DNA of 64,000 nucleotides from Amoebidium appalachense (taxonomy: Eukaryota; Protista; Ichthyosporea). The stretch lies in contig CAVNZM010000008.1 in the NCBI GenBank assembly GCA_963693365.1, forward strand, positions 4,612,310 through 4,676,309, in the 5' to 3' direction. Below are positions 31,127 through 51,842 of the stretch, piece by piece. A program made the position numbers and the translations under genes. Within the stretch, counting starts at the first letter, position 1. Each line of letters starts with the position of its first letter. Below the pieces are notes generated by a model. The model made no database searches. It was not told where the DNA came from and worked only from the letters and a program-made list of their open reading frames with translations.

Positions 31127-31364
31127 GGACTTAACCACTCTCTTATTTGATTCTCTGCCTTTTGCTTCTGCTTTGTTGCCTCTTTTCTTCTTGGCTTCTG
31201 AGGGTCTAAACCTTCCCCCCCAACCCCACCCCCCCACCCCTCCCCATCATTCCTTGCTTCTTGCTTAGCATCTCATCGGCTTCCTCCTTCTAACTCCTCC
31301 CCCCTCTCCTCACCCCCAACCCCCTGCTTGTGTCGCCTATATTTTCTCTCTCCGCATACTTGCC

Positions 31365-31800
31365 TCCTGTACCTTGTATCTGTCGTGCCTGTATCTTGTG
31401 TCTGACGTGTATGAGCCTAGTGTCTGTCTGTATCTTGTGTCTGTCTGTATTTTGTGTCTGTATCTTGTGTCGGTCTGTATCTTGTAACTTTATCTTGCAG
31501 TCTGTCTGTATCTTGCGTCTGTCTGTGTCTTGTGTCTGAATCTTGTGTCTGTAGCTTTTGTCTGTTTCTTGTGTCTAGACCTTGTATCTGTATCTTGTGC
31601 CTGTGATGTCTGTATGTTGTGCCTGTTATGTCTGTATCTTGTGTCTGTATCTTGTATCTGTATATGTTACCCGCCGTGTCTGTATCTTGCACCTATTTTG
31701 TGTCGGTAACTTCCGTCTATACCGTTTGTCTTTGCCTATGTCTTGATTCTGTGTCTGTCGTGTCTGTACTGTGTGTCCGTCGTGTCTGTGTTTTGTGTCA
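31365..31800. repeat. Degenerate ~14-bp satellite (TGTATCTTGTGTC)n
   Basis: Many tgtatcttgtgtct variants in tandem. Confidence 0.85.
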
Positions 31801-31991
31801 CTTTCTTTGGTGTGTTACTCACGTCTGTAACTTAAGCCTGTATGATTTGTGTTTAGCTCCTGTATAAATGTCGGTAGCTATGTGCCTTTCTGTCTCCGCA
31901 TGTTTGCCTTTTGTTTATCCACCCCTCGCCCCCCTCCCCGGGGACTCGCAGCTTTTCTGTTTCTTTCTTTATGTGGTTCTTTCTTCCATCC

Positions 31992-32065
<74 letters not shown>

Positions 32066-32374
32066 ACCAACACTTTTCTGTTGCTGTGCGCCTACACGTT
32101 TGCCACCGACTACACCGAGCACGCCGTCAAAGACATCGAGCTGTGGACCTGGGCGTGCCCGGGCGAGACTCCTGCTCGCTTGTGCTCAACGAGAGCGACG
32201 GGCCCGGCTACCGCTGGGTACGCAGCCCGCGTGTGCCGCCCAGGGCTGTGACCTTTGGGAGCCTAAAGCCTCCCCCCCCTCTGTTAAACTCATCATTCAT
32301 CCACGTCTCCCAAATCTCCCCCCCCCCCAGCACCCATCCTTCTCTGCCCATTAAGTCATCTGCGATTTTCTATT

Positions 32375-32460
<86 letters not shown>

Positions 32461-33413
32461 ACCATCAACCCCATCCTCGCCATGTGCCCCAAGCTTCTAA
32501 GGGCACTGTCGCGCAAACTGCAAACGCCAAGCGCCTTTGCGGCATAACCAAGAAGAAATCAAGGTGGCTGAGTAGCAGCTCTGGCCAAGGACCAACTTAG
32601 TGGAGAAAGGTGAGACGACTTTGCGGGCCATGGGTGCGACAGTGGCGAAGCAACACATATGTTGAAATAGTCAACAGATGCATTATGACATGCTTGTTGT
32701 TCGCAATGCCATGTAGACGGTGTATTGATATGTAGCTCTACTGTGAACCTCTACTGTACATGGTATTACCAGACTCTGTTTATGTTTATTTCATAACCCG
32801 GAAGTATAAAGGGGTAGGGGTGCCCGAGGTTTGAATAAAGGGGTGCCCGAGGTTTGAATACCTATGGGTTCTGGCAACATCCGGACATTGACACAAACGG
32901 CACAGAGGCCAACTGAACATTACCCATACCACGATAACAAGGCGGATTGTGCGCACCACACAGACATGACACACATATGTGCACACGCGCAAACGTGCAC
33001 ACACACGCACACACACGAACACACATACACGCTCTCCAAGCCACGCACACACAAACACACACATGCACACGCACACACACACACACACAACACATTACCA
33101 CACAATGACACACATGCATAAACACCCTGACACGTGCGCACACGCTTGCCCACACCGTGCACGTGCGTGCGCATGCGCACGTGCGCAAGTGTACATACAC
33201 CCACGCAGACACACACGCACATACACACTCACAAACACGTGTACACATACGCACACACAGACACACACTGTTACACATGCACGCGCACTGACATACCCAT
33301 TCACCACTCGCACACACACGTACATGCATGCGCAAACAACACGTGCATGCTCACGCGCATGCACACACGCACACACACACACATTGATGTGCTCTCATTG
33401 ATAGATAGCTCAC

Positions 33414-33485
33414 ACGGCGCCCGTCTGTTGTTTCTTGTCTCTCTTTCGGTCATCCACCCTGATAGCATCTCTCAGGCCCGTGTGT

Positions 33486-33564
<79 letters not shown>

Positions 33565-34232
33565 GTGTGTGTGTGTGTTTTCGAGTATGTGTGTGTGTGT
33601 TCGAGTATGTGTGTGTGTGTGTGTGTGCACGTGTGCTCTTGTATGTGCGCATGCGCACGTGTGCGTGTACTTGTGTGTGCGCGTATTTCCATATATGCCA
33701 TTGTATACTTCTGAGTCATGGTGTCTGTGTGTCATGCGCGACCATGTACGTGCGCGTTGTTTACAGTGTGGGTGTGCATGTACCGTATTGTAAACCGCGT
33801 GTGTGTGCCATGTGCGTGAGTGTGTTGACGTGTGTGTTTTTCTTTGTCTGTGCCTGTGATTGTGGACGTGTGTGCTCAGTTGAACAAGGCCACGGTGTGT
33901 CTGTGTATGTGGTATATATGTATCACGGTGTGTGTACATGTGCTGTCGCTGCACATGTGCAGCATGGCGGACCTGTCACCTATGGGATAGCTTGGGTTTG
34001 GAATTCGAGCTAAGCTGAAGCTGGTGCATCCATACATGCATGACATTGCAAATAGCTCCAGATTGGGGCTATCTGGGGTGAAGGAGACCCCGGGGAGGGG
34101 GGGGGGGGGGGGGACAACCTCGACTGGGAGGGGGGTGGGGGGGGGAAGCCCTGGCGGGAGGAGGGGGGGAGGGGGGGGGGGGAGGACACATGATTGTGTG
34201 CACGTACGCGTGTGTGTGTGTGGGATCCGGAT

Positions 34233-34284
<52 letters not shown>

Positions 34285-34659
34285 CTAAACATGCACACTC
34301 ACCAGCCCCCCCCCCCCCCCCCCTCCTCCCCCCCCTCCCCCTAACCCCCCGGCCAGAGGGGAGTCGATGAATAAAGCGCAGCACCACACCATGTTCCTGC
34401 ACTTCCACCATCATTCGAATTCTGCAAGACAATTGAGCTGCAGGAGCTTACCCTGTTCTGGGTTGGTTCCTCCCGTCAGCTAGTTACGTAGTACAATGCG
34501 CCTGCGACGTGGCTTATTATAAGTACGCGGGAAAGCCGCTAAGAAGCCTAAGGTGCATGTTTCCCACACCAATCCCAACGGTGACCGTAACATCCAATAC
34601 AGCAACAGTGCCTTTAAAATGAACAAACGGCCAGCTCAGCCCCCTCTCCCCCCCTCCCC

Positions 34660-34710
<51 letters not shown>

Positions 34711-35253
34711 ACGTCTACCGGTACCACTCCAGACATGGAGGTGCGTGCCATTGTACACAGTAAGCCTGCAAGTGAGAAAGCCTGCACAGACAGCTGGCTC
34801 ACTTAACCATTGATCGGAACCGTGATTCCACCGGTAGCCGACGAGACAAGTCCCTTACTTGTAGAAGTGGTTGTGTTTAGGTTTTTTTTAATGAATGCAT
34901 CGACTTTCTCTGTCGTCTGCTCAAATGTGGTATGTTTACAAACCAATTGTGTCAAACACTTCCTGCGTAGTTTGGCACGTTCCCGAGAAATTATAGTACA
35001 TAAAAAGCAAAACTCGTCAAGGTGCAAGATTCGTTTATTCTATGCTCTCGTGTGCACTGCCATATCCGAGGATGGACATCCTGCCTTGCAGGGGGTGCTG
35101 AAGTAAGCTTGCCACATCTATGGGTTTTCGTAGAGACTCAATGATCCAACTGTGTGAGCCTGATTTCCATATCTTTTTGTCCTATCGAGTTTTCCCTCCC
35201 TGCCCCTGTCTCTCCCTTTTCAACATATGTTCCCCCCATTCCCGTTCCTGGAG

Positions 35254-35292
<39 letters not shown>

Positions 35293-36021
35293 CACCCTGG
35301 CACAAGCACACACACACCCCTACACCCAGCACATTTCAAATGGCAGGTGCACATGACTACAACTAGGCCCAAAGTTATACTATTGAAGTAAACATTGAAT
35401 AGCACAAATAGCCCATGCAAGACGTTGTTGATGAGGGCGAAGTGGTACGGGAGGTGCGAAAACTTAATTAAATAAAGGGAATGTATCTTAGAGGAGGGGG
35501 GGGGGGGGTGAGAGGGGGGGGGGGGGGGGGGGGAGGGGGGTGCCACTGGTTGTGTATACGTACGTAGAAGGGGGGGGGGGGGGGGGGGGGGGGTCGGACT
35601 ATGGGTGGTGGGTCTGAGAGTGGGAAATGGGGCCGGGATGTGTGTGTGTGACGGTGAGAAGGGAGAGGCTTTCTGTTAACGTGTTGGGGCCAGGTGAGGG
35701 TGTGGGATGTTTGGAAAGGGGGGTAAGGGTTCGGCTGGGGAGTAGGGAGGGGGGGGGGGGGGGGGGCATTTTCGGTCAGGGGGGTTTGTTGGAAAAGGCC
35801 TGGGGGGGGATGGTTGTTTTTTGGGGGGGGGGGGGGGGGGGGGATGGGGCAAGGGAGGGGGGGGGGGGGGGGGGGGGATGGGGGGAAGGGGGGGGGGGGG
35901 GCACAAACGTAAGGTGGGCTGAAACCCCGGACCCCCCCGGGGGGGGGGGGGGGGGGGGGGGGGGAGACTACAGCTAGGTTCAACCGGGTGGGTTTGATAA
36001 CTTCGGAAAAGGATGGGCGGG

Positions 36022-36065
<44 letters not shown>

Positions 36066-37137
36066 GGGGAGGGGGGGGGGGAGGGGGGCTATCAATTAGC
36101 TAGGTTCGGGGAAGGGGGGGGGGGGGGGGGGGATCAAAGGGAAATGTTTTACTTCCTGACAAGGCCTCCCCAGCCTCTCTCCCCTCTTTCCTCGTTCTTC
36201 CCTCCCACCCACGTGCACCGGCACCGAGCTCGAGACTGACAACATCCGATATGTGCCACCACAATGCATGGCCGTAGACACGGTGCTGTTTGTGATAAAC
36301 CCTCACGTTGTGACCTTGCCGATGTGCACGAGCCCAAACAATGACGAGCAGGCCCACAAACGCATCATCATCTGAGCTAATCGTGCGTGCATTATGCCAA
36401 GCGGTGTGAGCACTGGTTTGTGCGTGCAGATATCATGGTTTTATTGTAGCGAGACACATTCTCAGGCTGAGCACTCACCGAAGACATGGCCAGGGTCAGC
36501 TGGCTGGCCAAGTTGCATATGATCCTTCGATGATCGGGCATAGGCAGATGCAGTAGTAGTCGACCGGTGATGGTGGCATGTTTTAGCACTTATCATCCTG
36601 GGCAGTATATTTTAAAGTTTATTGTTTTTTAAATTCTGTGCGTGTCTGTGTGCGTGCGTATGCCTGGTGCGCGTGCGTCCGTGAGTGTGTGGGGGGTGGG
36701 GAGGGGGGTGGGGAGGGGGTTGGGGAGGGGGTTTTGGGAGGAGGAGAAGGATTCCGCTGGGGGGGGGGGGGGTGTCCCGGAGGCGGCTGTGGCGGCGGCG
36801 GCGGCAAGGGGGGGGGGGGGGGGGGGGGGAAGCCGGTTTCCAAACAATGGCCATGTGCCCTGATTTGCTACTTAAACGAAAACAACAGGAAGGAATAGAG
36901 GCGGGATGTACGATTACGTTTGTACATCATATTACTGACTCGATTTATACAGACAGACATGCCTTGTGTGGACATAATCACAGTTACTACTGTACGGATT
37001 TCGACCCCCCCGTAAAGCATTATAGTAAAACACGTGCAAACATAATACACATGACTCCAGCACTGCCATCATGGGTGGATATGGTACTTGTAGACACCAT
37101 CCACCTTTACCAGCACGGTAGCATTGAGGGTGTTTAA
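33414..37137 (-). pseudogene. Possible decayed multi-exon gene of unknown family
   Basis: Exon-like blocks with splice-like borders at 33414-33477, ~33980-34072, ~34346-34421, ~36226-36376, 36479-36597 and ~37051-37137. The first three join in frame; others carry stops; one acceptor reads CGG. Confidence 0.3.
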
Positions 37138-37587
37138 CTGCAACAAAACGATAATCATTTGACTCTTGACACTGAAACGAAATGCTGTTAGCCAAGTACA
37201 ACGTGTGTGCGTGTGTGTGTGTCACAGTGTGCGTGTATGCGTGTGTGCGTGTCTGCGTGTGTGCGTGTGCGCGTGTATGCATGCATGCGTGTGTGCGTGT
37301 GTGCGTGTGTGCGTGTGTACGTGTGTGTGTAACAAAAAATTAGACACTCACAGCTTGGTCATGCTCCTATAGCCCCAACTTGGCACACGTACATGACACA
37401 TATAGACTACCCATATTACTCTACGGCATTTGAAGGCAATAGTAAATGAAGATGAAAAACAACAAACGAAAAAAGGAAACAGAAATACAGACCCTTGGCC
37501 AGGGAGACACAGAACTGACAAAGGGGGATGGGACAGGGATGGTGAATTTAAGGTTTAGCTAATCTGTTTCTTTTTTTTTTTTTTTTG

Positions 37588-37623
<36 letters not shown>

Positions 37624-37677
37624 GGGGGGGGGGGGGGGGGGTTAACACCGAAAGGAGTTGATTGAGAGAGAAAAACT

Positions 37678-37792
<115 letters not shown>

Positions 37793-37801
37793 TGTGTGTG
37801 T

Positions 37802-37833
<32 letters not shown>

Positions 37834-37920
37834 GAGCGAGAGAGAAGGGGGAGGAGAGAGAGAGAGAGAAATAGAGAGAGGGAGGGAGGGAGGTGGGAGG
37901 TGGGGAGAGAGAGAGAGAGC

Positions 37921-37998
<78 letters not shown>

Positions 37999-38262
37999 GA
38001 GAGAGAGAGAGAGAGAGAGACGAGTTGAAAGGAGTAGTAAGCAGAGAGAGAAGGGAGGAAGCGAGGGAGCAAGACCAGGGGAAAGATCTTGGGGGAGGAA
38101 GGGGGGGGGAGGGGGGAGGGGATTGAGAGATACACGGGGTGGTGGACGTTGTGGTGGTGTTGGTGGGTAGGTGGGTGGATGTGTTGAGCCGTTGTATATC
38201 TGCGTGTGTGTGTGTGCATGTGTGTGCATGTGTGTGCATGTACATGTGTGCATGTGCATGTG

Positions 38263-38316
<54 letters not shown>

Positions 38317-38750
38317 TGTGTGTGTGTTTGGGGGGGGGGGGGGGGGGGGGGGGTGGCAATGCCTAAAAGTCACATCATCATACTCGACTGCATTTTCTGC
38401 ATGCAATTATTGTTATGTCCAACCACGTATTTTATTTTATCAAACGGCATGGGATATGTGGCATTGAACATCTGCCCTATCTATGGTACCAAAACGCCCT
38501 ATCTATGGTACCAAAACGCATGATTGATAAATGCGAAAAAAAAAGGGAAACAACTGGTGTCTTCTGCTATTGCCAATCGTATTTCAGTATTCGGTATTTT
38601 GTGGGTGTGCGTGTGTGTTGGGGGGGGGGGGGGGGGGGGAGGGAGGGATGATGGATGGGGATCCAGGGGGCAGTATGCCTTTGCATATTTCGGTATGAGA
38701 CGTACAGGTTGGTTTACATGTAAGGTACGCGTGCGAGCATAAAAGTATGA

Positions 38751-38801
<51 letters not shown>

Positions 38802-39129
38802 TAAGCATGTGCACGTATATTCGAGCTTGCCAGTGATCACCATCCACAAATTATGATCATGCGCCGCGTGCACGCGTAGCATGTCGGACGCTGGTGCTCC
38901 GGAAATTATTTACGTTGTCGACTCGTCACAACAAATTAATAAATAAGAAATGCTTTTATTACATTATTCAAACATATAATTAATTGTGTTTTGTTTCTAT
39001 TAAAACCTATGTGTCTACTTTGTTTGCTATTAGCGACGCTACGTTTTATGATTCAACTGTTGTGTTGCGTGCCCGGCAGGCTGGCAGCGGCAATGTGGCA
39101 ATGTACAGTGGCATCCGGTGAGATTTTGC

Positions 39130-39207
39130 GATTGGCTTAAATTATTTTGTTTATATCAAACGCTGATTGGCGGATCTCACAATCATTTGATTGGCTGCTC
39201 TTTTTCC
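39130..39207. promoter_or_regulatory. Orphan promoter-like element: three tandem CCAAT boxes plus a pyrimidine initiator-like tract
   Basis: GATTGGC at 39130, 39165 and 39189; CTCTTTTTCC at 39198-39207; AT-rich segment upstream at 38930-39050. Confidence 0.5.
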
Positions 39208-39260
39208 TGGGGCTCGCCCGAACCAGCCCGCACACCTCCGCAATCAAAAAGGCCGCACAC

Positions 39261-39772
39261 ATGCTTAGTCAAGCCATTCTCAACCATGTAAGCTCTTAGC
39301 AACTCGAGTTTCCCTCTTTTCTCCGCGGGTTATTTCTGCGCTCGCCTCCGACAAAACACTACCTCCGTGTGCTCAAGTTGGCCTGTTGCGACTTTAAGAG
39401 TGTCCATGAGGGCGTGAAAAACTATACAAAGGTAAGCAAATTATTAGTCGTATACGTAGTGCAACTTCTCGTCCAGGTTTTCATGATGGTCATGTTTATG
39501 TTTTTTTACTTTTACTATTAAATTATTAGTTTATGTGGCTTAGAGTTTAAAAAAACTTGCAAATCCACGTCTGAAGTTTTGTTCTCATGTCACATAATAC
39601 ATATATTTGCAGGGCCGAGGCATTGCTAAAATAATTTGCACACCCCTCTTAGTAGATTGCTACATGGTAAAGCAATGTCACAGCAACCGATCCTTGTGCA
39701 GATGATTGGGCAAATATCATAGATGGAATTGTTGTAGAACGAACTTGCCATATAAGTGTTTGTGTACAATGT
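39261..39772 (+). pseudogene. Four-exon pseudogene candidate with short introns
   Basis: Exons 39261-39287, 39329-39431, 39613-39666 and 39702-39772 with GTAAG/GTAAAG donors join in one frame: MLSQAILNH|VISALASDKTLPPCAQVGLLRL*ECP*GREKLYK|GPRHC*NNLHTPLSRLLH|DDWANIIDGIVVERTCHISVCVQC. It has three stops, and the first acceptor is CGG instead of CAG. Confidence 0.4.
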
Positions 39773-40151
39773 GTAAGTATGCAGATATGGTCGGATCGAT
39801 CACACTTGTGTGTGTGTGCGCGAAATCACGGCCCTCAGAGGGCCGTGGCGAAATGCACCTTACTAAACTTGGTGCGCAGGACGCATCGAAAAAAAAAGAC
39901 ACACACACCCAAATACAAAAGTGAAGACAAAATATATGAAGAGAAGAAAAATAATATTTGTACAGAAGTACCGGCATATGCGTGTGTGTGGGTGTGTGGA
40001 TGTGTGTGTGCGTGCGTGCGTGCGTGTGTGTGCGTGCGTGAGCGCGCGCGGTGTGTGTGTGCGCGCCTGTGTGCGCGCGTGTGTGTGTTATGTGCGTGTG
40101 CGTGTGTGGGTCAAGGTAATGTGTGTATGTATGCATGTGTGCTGTGCGCGC

Positions 40152-40182
<31 letters not shown>

Positions 40183-40991
40183 GACCGGTGTGTGTGTGCG
40201 TGTGTTTTTCCGTGTGTACATGAATCTGAATTTTTCAACTCCATCGACCTTTCATTATGATGTTGCACAAAAGTTTGCTAAGTCTGGTGCCGACAGAGGA
40301 AATGCTTGCAAGCGCGCTGTATGTAGCCGGTTCAAGTGCATATGAGTGAAGGTGTATTGTGTTCCGGCAGTTTGTTTATATATACCTATTCCCCGGTCAC
40401 TGTACGCTGACTGCTGCATTGGTAAAAAGTGTGAGCCTCAGGAGACTGGGTTAACCTCAGACCAACATAAAGCCTCGTGATAAGTCGACCGTCGATCTAT
40501 CTCAGCCACTTTTGTGGCTCGAATGTGGGGTTTGCGTAAGTGCGCTATTTATAGCGCAATACGCACGAACACAAAAAAAAAAAAACACAACAGGCGTGTT
40601 CCTCACTTCACGGTGGTCACGTAGGCACCAAGATTGTGTAGGTTTTTGGATATTACCATAGCGCATTAGCGCTTGGAAAGAAAGTAGCTCACGTGACTGC
40701 AAAACGGATTCTTCTAGCATTTTCTCAACTAATATACACGGTACATGGACTAGAAGGTGCGCAGCATCCCCAAAGGCATATTGGAAAACAAAGGAAATAG
40801 TGTTGGCATGCGAGTGACAAAATTTCAAGGCTTTTTATTGCGTTTTCACCGAGTTCACTATGTAGCGTTTTCAAGCTTAAGGTTCATCCACTTCCGGCGG
40901 AATCCGGGCCGAATTCGATCTGGAAAATGGCCGATCGCGAAGAATGCGAAAAAACCACGATACCCCTTGTTGGTTGGCAAGTGCTGGGGGG

Positions 40992-41102
40992 TTTACGCTG
41001 TTTACTCGAGGCAAAGAGAACCAGTCTCAGGTATGGGGGGGGGGGGTTTGCTCGGAATATCCCCTCAGCGGTATATCATGATCACGTACATAGATGTCGG
41101 GT
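40992..41102 (-). pseudogene. Remnant of the tRNA-Glu locus (both flanks recognisable, tRNA body destroyed)
   Basis: 40992-41013 matches 9677-9698 at 21/22 nt; 41084-41102 resembles 9781-9800. Confidence 0.5.
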
Positions 41103-41182
41103 GGTGACTATATATCAGGGTTTACTTTCTCTACGAGACACCATAAAGACTACAAGGAGAAATCAATTAGTTGGGGTTCCCC

Positions 41183-41227
<45 letters not shown>

Positions 41228-41259
41228 GGGCTCCCCTCGGGACACTCGGTATCAGCTGG

Positions 41260-41312
<53 letters not shown>

Positions 41313-41505
41313 TGTGTGTGTGTGCGCGTGCGCTATAATTTTGTAGTGATGTGTTTCTCAAGCCAATCAATACATCTAATAAACAGGTCGTAGTTACGCG
41401 TGTTTAGTATAAAATCAAGGATGTTGTAATTTACAGGTAGGCTATCTTTCACCCTCTTTTATTATACCAATCACCTGGTCCAGACGAAAAAGGCCCTGGA
41501 GATGT

Positions 41506-41736
41506 TGAAATCGTTGGAAAGTGGGAAGGAGGATAGAGAAGAAGTGACTGAGAGTTTGGTTGTATATGGAACTCAAGAGCACGGAATGAGGATGTGGATA
41601 GAACTGAAGGCAACATGCTACCATGAGATGAAATCGTTGAAGAGTGGGAAGGAGGATAGAGAAGAAATGAGAGCTTGGTTGTGTTTGCAGCTGAGAGTAC
41701 AGAATAAGGATGTGGATAGAACTGAAGGCAACATGC
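41506..41736. repeat. ~120-bp tandem duplication upstream of the ARM gene
   Basis: tgaaatcgttg..agtgggaaggaggatagagaagaa...ggatgtggatagaactgaaggcaacatgc occurs twice. Confidence 0.85.
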
Positions 41737-42060
41737 CTGTCGGTTCGTCTTTTATAGTTGTGTTTGTGGCTGGGCGGATCGTGACTGAGCGGATTGTGTA
41801 CACGTCTCGGCATGCATTCCTGCCGGCTGACTAGTAGGCGTTGCCCGCTTGCAACCTCAGCCTCTCAGGGCGAACCGCGGACAAGATACTGACAGATTCG
41901 GTGGATAAGGGTTGTGATTGGATCTCAGCGCATCAGTTCAGGGGGCCAATCATCTTCGAGCTCGCCTCTGTTCAACCTTTCAAACTTCGATGCTTCAAAG
42001 AGCTCGTGAAACACACGCCGCCTGCAGCTGTACAACCAACAACTGTACATACCCGCCCAA

Positions 42061-50086
<8,026 letters not shown>

Positions 50087-50284
50087 TTCCATAGTACGCA
50101 AGCTTTGGCGCTGCGTAGTTTGGTGTTTTTTCGGTGTTTTTTCCCGCCAGTTGTAGTGATCATCTTGGTGTTTGAAGCCTTGAAGTTTCAGTTTTTTGTT
50201 TCATTTTTGATTTTTTGATTTATCTGTTTGTTTGTTTGTTTATTTTTTTTCTTTTTGTCTTTTCCTTTTTCTTTGTGTGTGTGT

Positions 50285-50332
<48 letters not shown>

Positions 50333-51093
50333 AAGTGTTTTGTGTTTTGTGTGTGTGTGTGAGGGGGGGGGGGGGGGGGGGGGGGGGGGAGGGGGGGATT
50401 TGTAGTTTACATTTAGTATGAGCCTGCTTAGCTCCGGCACATATATCGGAGGATCGCTTGTTCTTTGGCTTATTATTATTTTTTTGTGTGTGTGTATTTT
50501 TTTTTTCCCAAGTGAATTTGAATGTATGATTATAAAAGGCTAAGGTTGAATTGAGCCATAGACAAGAAATGAATGTGGAACTGCGAAATTCCGTAAGGTG
50601 CCTACAAAAGAAAACTTTATACTTCATAAAGCTTGCACGGAATGGAACTTTTGCTTTGTAGTTTTTCTTGTAACGTTTATAGGTTTACCCACATGATCCG
50701 TGTTGTGCGAAACAAATGTACATATGCTTTAGGAGTATAGTAGCTAGTCCTTTCTTTCACTCAAAAATTGTTTTCTTCCCTAGGAAGGTCAATATATTCT
50801 ATTGCATTTGCTACTTCCATGCCATTGGCCAAAAAAATTGACGAGTGGTTGCAATTGTGTCGCTGTGCATGCACTGTGTATGTGTGTGTGTGTGCCTGGG
50901 TGTGTGTGTGTGTGTGACGACATCAATATTGTGTCGTCTGCTTAATTGCCAAACTTGGCCGGTGTAATAGCCACCGCGACAATCTGGTATACCTCTTTAA
51001 GGGGAGAATAGTGTTGCCGTGACGACGATTTTGACTGTGCACACGTGTACAGTACTTGCAGTGGAGTGAAGTTCGGGGGGAGGGGAATGACTT

Positions 51094-51134
<41 letters not shown>

Positions 51135-51136
51135 CG

Positions 51137-51215
51137 GGCATACACCCCGTAATTACTCCGGGGGGGAGGGGGGCGGGGGGGGGAGGGGGAGGGGGGTAAT
51201 TACGGGGTGTATGCC
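51137..51215. repeat. Perfect 20-bp inverted repeat with a 39-nt G-rich spacer
   Basis: GGCATACACCCCGTAATTAC (51137-51156) / GTAATTACGGGGTGTATGCC (51196-51215). Confidence 0.9.
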
Positions 51216-51606
51216 GGTTGAAAGAGCTACTGAGCCAGGCACGCATCTTAGGTGGACCCGGTTAGCTCAACAGTCATGCATGTACACACGGATACCTCCT
51301 GAGAAATGTTGAGTTCAAGTTCCCCCAAATCAATATATTATATATCCGATGAAAATCCTCCATGGACAAATTTTAAAAGTTCAATCCTTCCTCATCCATA
51401 TATTGAGCACCAGGCTTGTATCTTGTTGGCTACTATTCTATTGATAATTTTACCGCCGGACCGTGCCGGTACCGGTGGCCATGGTGCAATCACACCACAC
51501 AATACTCGGAGAGGGCTCATGATCAAAGAGAGCACTGTAGCTGAGGGGGAAGTGGTGAAAATGAGGGGCAGAAGTGTACGTGTGTGTGTAGTTGGGGGTT
51601 GGGGGG

Positions 51607-51641
<35 letters not shown>

Positions 51642-51803
51642 TGTCCCACGGGGAGGTCGGACAGCACAACTTCAGGCAAGTTGACTCATCCATGCATGTT
51701 TGTCATGCGTTAAAGGTAAAATCATGGAGAGGGGCAAAACTGCTCTGCTGCTATCAAGGACTGCAATTACAACTGGCAGGCCACATGATCCCTGCATGTG
51801 GTA

Positions 51804-51842
<39 letters not shown>

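Noticed and set aside
39261-39772. Alternative genetic code (stop readthrough) to explain in-frame TAA/TGA
   Set aside because: Intact genes here terminate with TAA (MCCC2) and TGA (GGA, ARM) and have no internal stops.
40927-41346. 139-aa ORF MADREECEK... as a gene or upstream ARM exon
   Set aside because: Overlaps the tRNA-flank remnant, runs into poly-T and (TG)n, and has no recognisable product or compatible downstream exon.
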